Notes under the pieces: model-generated
What the model saw: the letters and a program-made list of their open reading frames with translations, nothing else
What the model was told of the DNA's origin: nothing
Database searches by the model: none
Part shown: positions 47,644 to 50,632 of the stretch, piece after piece
Layout: every line of letters starts with the position of its first letter
How positions within the stretch are numbered: position 1 is the stretch's first letter
Made by a program: the position numbers and the translations under genes
Assembly (NCBI RefSeq): GCF_026626625.1
Contig: NZ_JAPNJY010000032.1
Span: 138,976-189,607 of the forward strand
Origin: Corallococcus sp. BB11-1
Lineage (GTDB): Bacteria; Myxococcota; Myxococcia; Myxococcales; Myxococcaceae
Direction of reading: 5' to 3'
DNA: 50,632 nt

Positions 47644-49569
47644 ATGGCCCTGGGTTCCGAGACGATTGGCAGGAAGCTGCTCTGGAGCATCGGCCTGCCG
47701 GGTCTGGTGGTGGCGTTGCTGGGCGTGGGGCACTTCTCACGCGAGGCGCGGCAGGCGGTGCGCGAGGGCACGCACCTGGAGGCGCTGGCGCTGGCGGAGT
47801 TCGTGGCCTCCACGTTCACCCTGCCGCAGGCGCCGGGCGCGGCGCCGCACGGGGCGGTGGCGGAGGTGCTGGCGTCGGACACGCGGCTGTTCCGTTCGGT
47901 GGAGGACCTGCGGGTGCTGACGCCGGAGGGGCGCATCCGCTGGAGCCGGCGTCCGGCCGAGCAGGGCCACCCGCACCCGGAGGCCTCGCGGCTGTCGGCG
48001 GCGGGGCCGGAGACGGCGCGCTCCAGCGAGCGCGGCACGGAGGTGGTGCGTCCCCTGGGCGGCCCCGAGTGCTCCGGCTGTCACACCGGCGAGGCCGCGC
48101 AGCGCATGGGCGTGCTGCAGGTGCGCCTGGGCGAGCCCGCGCTGCACCGTCAGTTGCAGACGGTGTTCCGGGACGCGCTGGGGGCGATGGTGCTTTTCGT
48201 CGTCATCCTGGCGCTCGTCACCTGGCTGAGCCTGCGCTTCGTGCTCACGCGTCCGCTCAAGCGGCTGAGCGAGGCCATGGGGCGCGCGGAGTCCGGGGAC
48301 CTGCTGGTGCGCGCGGACGCCCGGGGCACGGATGAGATTTCGCGGCTGGGCGCGGCCTTCAACCAGATGCTCGCGCGGCTGACCTCCATGAAGGTGGAGG
48401 AGATCGACACGCACCGCGACCTGGAGCTGGTGAAGGAGAAGCTGGCGCTGAAGGACGAGTTGGAGGAGCGCCTGCGGGAGCTGTCGCTGCTGTTCGACGT
48501 GGCGCGCTCGCTCAACACCACGCTGGAGCTGGACGAGCTGCTGTCGCGCATCACCCGGATGGTGGTGGAGCGGCTGCACATCCCCGACTTCTCCATCATG
48601 CTCCTCAACGAGGACGGCATGCTGGAGGTGAAGCACGCGTGGCCGCAGGGCCGGGGCCTGGAGGGCCACACCTTCGCCGTGGGCGAGGGCGCGTGCGGCC
48701 GGGCCGCCCAGACGCGCAAGGCGGTGTACCTGCCGGACCTCACCGACGGCACCAGCATCTTCGCCCGGCGCGGCCTGCGCGGCGGTTCGGAGCAGGGCTC
48801 GCTGCTGGCGGTGCCCATGGTGCACGCGGAGACGCTCCTGGGCGTCATCAACTTCCAGCGGCCGGAGACGGCGTGCTTCGCCGCGGAGGAGATTGAACTC
48901 TTCACGGCGGTGGCGGATCAGGCGGCCACGGCGGTGACGAACGCGCGCCTGCACGCGGAGACGGTGAAGCTCACGCTGACGGACGCGCTCACGGGCGTGC
49001 CCAACCGGCGCCACCTCTTCCAGCGGTTGGACCTGGAGCTGGCGCGGGCCCAGCGCTTCGGCGTGCCGCTGGCGCTGCTGATGGTGGACGTGGACCACTT
49101 CAAGCGCCTCAACGACCTGGCCGGACACCGCGCGGGGGACGAGACGCTGCGCCGGGTCTCCGAGGTGCTGCGCACCCGCGCCCGCAAGGTGGACACGCTG
49201 GGGCGCTATGGCGGCGAGGAGTTCGTGCTGCTGCTGCCCCAGGTCTCCAAGTCGACGGCGTTCGAGGTCGCGGAGACGCTGCGCCGCGCGGTGGCGGAGT
49301 CCGGCACGCTGGGGCGTCCGGGCCTGCCCGGCAACCACGTCACGGTGTCCATCGGCGTCGCGCACTTCCCCACGGACGCGAACTCGCAGGAGGCGCTGGT
49401 GGATTGCGCGGACTCGGCGCTCTATTGCAGCAAGCGCACGGGCCGCAACCGCGTGACGACCTTCGAGCCCGGCATGGAGATGCACCCCGGCCGCGAGCGC
49501 AGCATCACCGCCCCGCCCACCGACGCGCCGACCACGCCCCCGGCGCCCTCGGGCATCGCCAAGGCGTGA
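47644..49569 (+). CDS. Transmembrane sensor diguanylate cyclase: periplasmic domain with a CxxCH motif, then HAMP, GAF and GGDEF
   Basis: Two TM helices bracket a ~150-aa periplasmic loop containing GGPECSGCHTGE (48070..48084). HAMP-like segment, GAF domain and GGDEF active site RYGGEEF (49204..49224). ATG at 47644; a TTG at 47554 is the alternative start. Confidence 0.8.
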   Translation: MALGSETIGRKLLWSIGLPGLVVALLGVGHFSREARQAVREGTHLEALALAEFVASTFTLPQAPGAAPHGAVAEVLASDTRLFRSVEDLRVLTPEGRIRWSRRPAEQGHPHPEASRLSAAGPETARSSERGTEVVRPLGGPECSGCHTGEAAQRMGVLQVRLGEPALHRQLQTVFRDALGAMVLFVVILALVTWLSLRFVLTRPLKRLSEAMGRAESGDLLVRADARGTDEISRLGAAFNQMLARLTSMKVEEIDTHRDLELVKEKLALKDELEERLRELSLLFDVARSLNTTLELDELLSRITRMVVERLHIPDFSIMLLNEDGMLEVKHAWPQGRGLEGHTFAVGEGACGRAAQTRKAVYLPDLTDGTSIFARRGLRGGSEQGSLLAVPMVHAETLLGVINFQRPETACFAAEEIELFTAVADQAATAVTNARLHAETVKLTLTDALTGVPNRRHLFQRLDLELARAQRFGVPLALLMVDVDHFKRLNDLAGHRAGDETLRRVSEVLRTRARKVDTLGRYGGEEFVLLLPQVSKSTAFEVAETLRRAVAESGTLGRPGLPGNHVTVSIGVAHFPTDANSQEALVDCADSALYCSKRTGRNRVTTFEPGMEMHPGRERSITAPPTDAPTTPPAPSGIAKA

Positions 49570-49587
49570 GGCGCGGGCGCCCCCGGC

Positions 49588-50181
49588 TCAGCGCTGGATG
49601 AGCGTGCGCACCGTGGGCAGCATCAGGTCCGCCCACTCCTCGTAGCCCTCCGCGGACGGGTGGAAGCCGTCCGAGCTGAAGAAGTCCCGCCGCCGGGGGA
49701 TCAGCTCGCGGCTGGCCGTGTACAGGTCCACCAGGTGGAGCCCGTGCGCGCGCGCCACCGTGGCGATGGCTTCGTTGAAGGGCTCGATGCGCCCTTCGTA
49801 CAGCGCGCTGGGCACCAGCTTCGCGATGGGCGCGAGCGCCATGTCGGCCAGGTTCACCACCACCATGGACGCGCCGGTCTGCTTCAACCGGCGGGCGATG
49901 CGGTCCAGGTCGTCCTGGTACTCCGCCACCTCGGTGCCGCGCCAGAGGTCGTTGGTGCCCACGCCCAGGGTGATGAGCGTGGGCTGCAGGGCCACGACGC
50001 GCTTGAGGGCGCTGTTGACGACGTCGCGCACGCGCGCGCCGCTCTGCCCCAGGTTGGTGTGGCCCACCGGCAGGCCGGCCTGCCGCAGGCGGGAGGCGAG
50101 CCGGTCGGGATAGCCCCCACCCTGCGACGCCCCCACCCCCACCGCCGTGCTGTCACCCAGCGAGACGTAGTTGACGCTCAT
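49588..50181 (-). CDS. SGNH/GDSL-family hydrolase
   Basis: Block I GDSTAVG at the N-terminus. Block III GxND (GVGTNDL). Block V DGFHP. Confidence 0.75.
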   Translation of the reverse strand: MSVNYVSLGDSTAVGVGASQGGGYPDRLASRLRQAGLPVGHTNLGQSGARVRDVVNSALKRVVALQPTLITLGVGTNDLWRGTEVAEYQDDLDRIARRLKQTGASMVVVNLADMALAPIAKLVPSALYEGRIEPFNEAIATVARAHGLHLVDLYTASRELIPRRRDFFSSDGFHPSAEGYEEWADLMLPTVRTLIQR

Positions 50182-50233
50182 GCCGCGCGCTCACCCTCCG
50201 AGACGGGAAAACCCCCTCCAGGCCCCCACGACC

Positions 50234-50632
50234 TCAAGGCATCTTCAACGCGCGCAGCAGCCGTCCGCCGCCCGGGCCCGCCACGCGCAACAACAGGGTG
50301 CTGCCCGCGGGCGCGGCGCGGATGACCGCGGCCAGCTCCTTCGCGCTCGTGATGGGCTTGCGGTTCGCCTCCACCACCAGCATGCCCGGGGCCAGCTGCG
50401 CGCGGTCCGCGGGGGAGCCGGGGACGATGTCCGTGACGAGCGCGCCGGTGCGCTCCGTGAAGCCCGCCTGGGACGCGGTGCGCGCATCCAGGTCCTGCAG
50501 GGACACGCCCACGCGGCGCGAGGAGTCCTGGTCCCCGTTGGCCTCGGGCTTCTTCTTGGACAGGCCCTCCAGGTCCGGCCGGGTGCCCATGGTCACCTTG
50601 ACGTCCTGGGCCTTGCCGTCGCGGTAGATGCT
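50234..50632 (-). CDS. C-terminal PDZ portion of an HtrA/DegP-family serine protease (N-terminus lies beyond the window end)
   Basis: The reading frame is open to the window edge (…SIYRDGKAQDVKVTMGTRPDLE…). PDZ-like segment (TGALVTDIVPGSPADRAQLAPGMLVVEANRKPI). Confidence 0.6.
   Translation of the reverse strand, partial: SIYRDGKAQDVKVTMGTRPDLEGLSKKKPEANGDQDSSRRVGVSLQDLDARTASQAGFTERTGALVTDIVPGSPADRAQLAPGMLVVEANRKPITSAKELAAVIRAAPAGSTLLLRVAGPGGGRLLRALKMP

Overview
This window is a high-GC (~70%) bacterial chromosome segment with Myxococcota hallmarks: a MYXO-CTERM sorting tail, ELWxxDGT repeats, and an ExbB/ExbD/ExbD triplet arranged like the AglRQS gliding motor. Most of it is densely packed housekeeping genes: folD, pyrD, coaE, engB, argD, hslVU, xerC, trmFO, topA, dprA and pgeF. 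Lineage-specific envelope or secreted proteins are interleaved among them.

The backbone from dprA to hslU keeps the Bacillus-type order smf-topA-gid(trmFO)-codV(xerC)-clpQY(hslVU). Myxobacterial insertions interrupt it:
- an AglRQS-like proton-channel triplet;
- a DksA-like zinc-finger protein;
- a TolB-like beta-propeller lipoprotein translationally coupled to trmFO by an ATGA overlap;
- a 754-aa uncharacterised membrane protein.

Other notable content:
- a 1719-aa secreted metalloprotease (FTP-like propeptide, PA domain, M36/fungalysin-like HEWGH site, five ~100-aa repeat modules, MYXO-CTERM tail);
- a non-canonical Hsp70 operon: J-domain/TPR protein, Hsp70 and a TPR protein, no GrpE, with the two flanking proteins sharing a ~45-aa module;
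- a transmembrane GAF-GGDEF diguanylate cyclase whose periplasmic loop carries a CxxCH haem-c motif;
- a tetrahaem cytochrome c, EngB, a 553-aa hypothetical, a Wzy_C O-antigen-ligase-like protein and a GT4 glycosyltransferase in one minus-strand cluster;
- topA with an unusual N-terminal lysine/alanine-rich extension.

I found no rRNA, tRNA, CRISPR array or mobile element. The long antisense ORFs in the six-frame track are GC-driven artefacts.

Where a listed ORF is longer than the real gene I re-picked the start. Each re-picked ATG or GTG was checked on the nucleotide sequence. The ORF track also uses TTG and GTG as starts.
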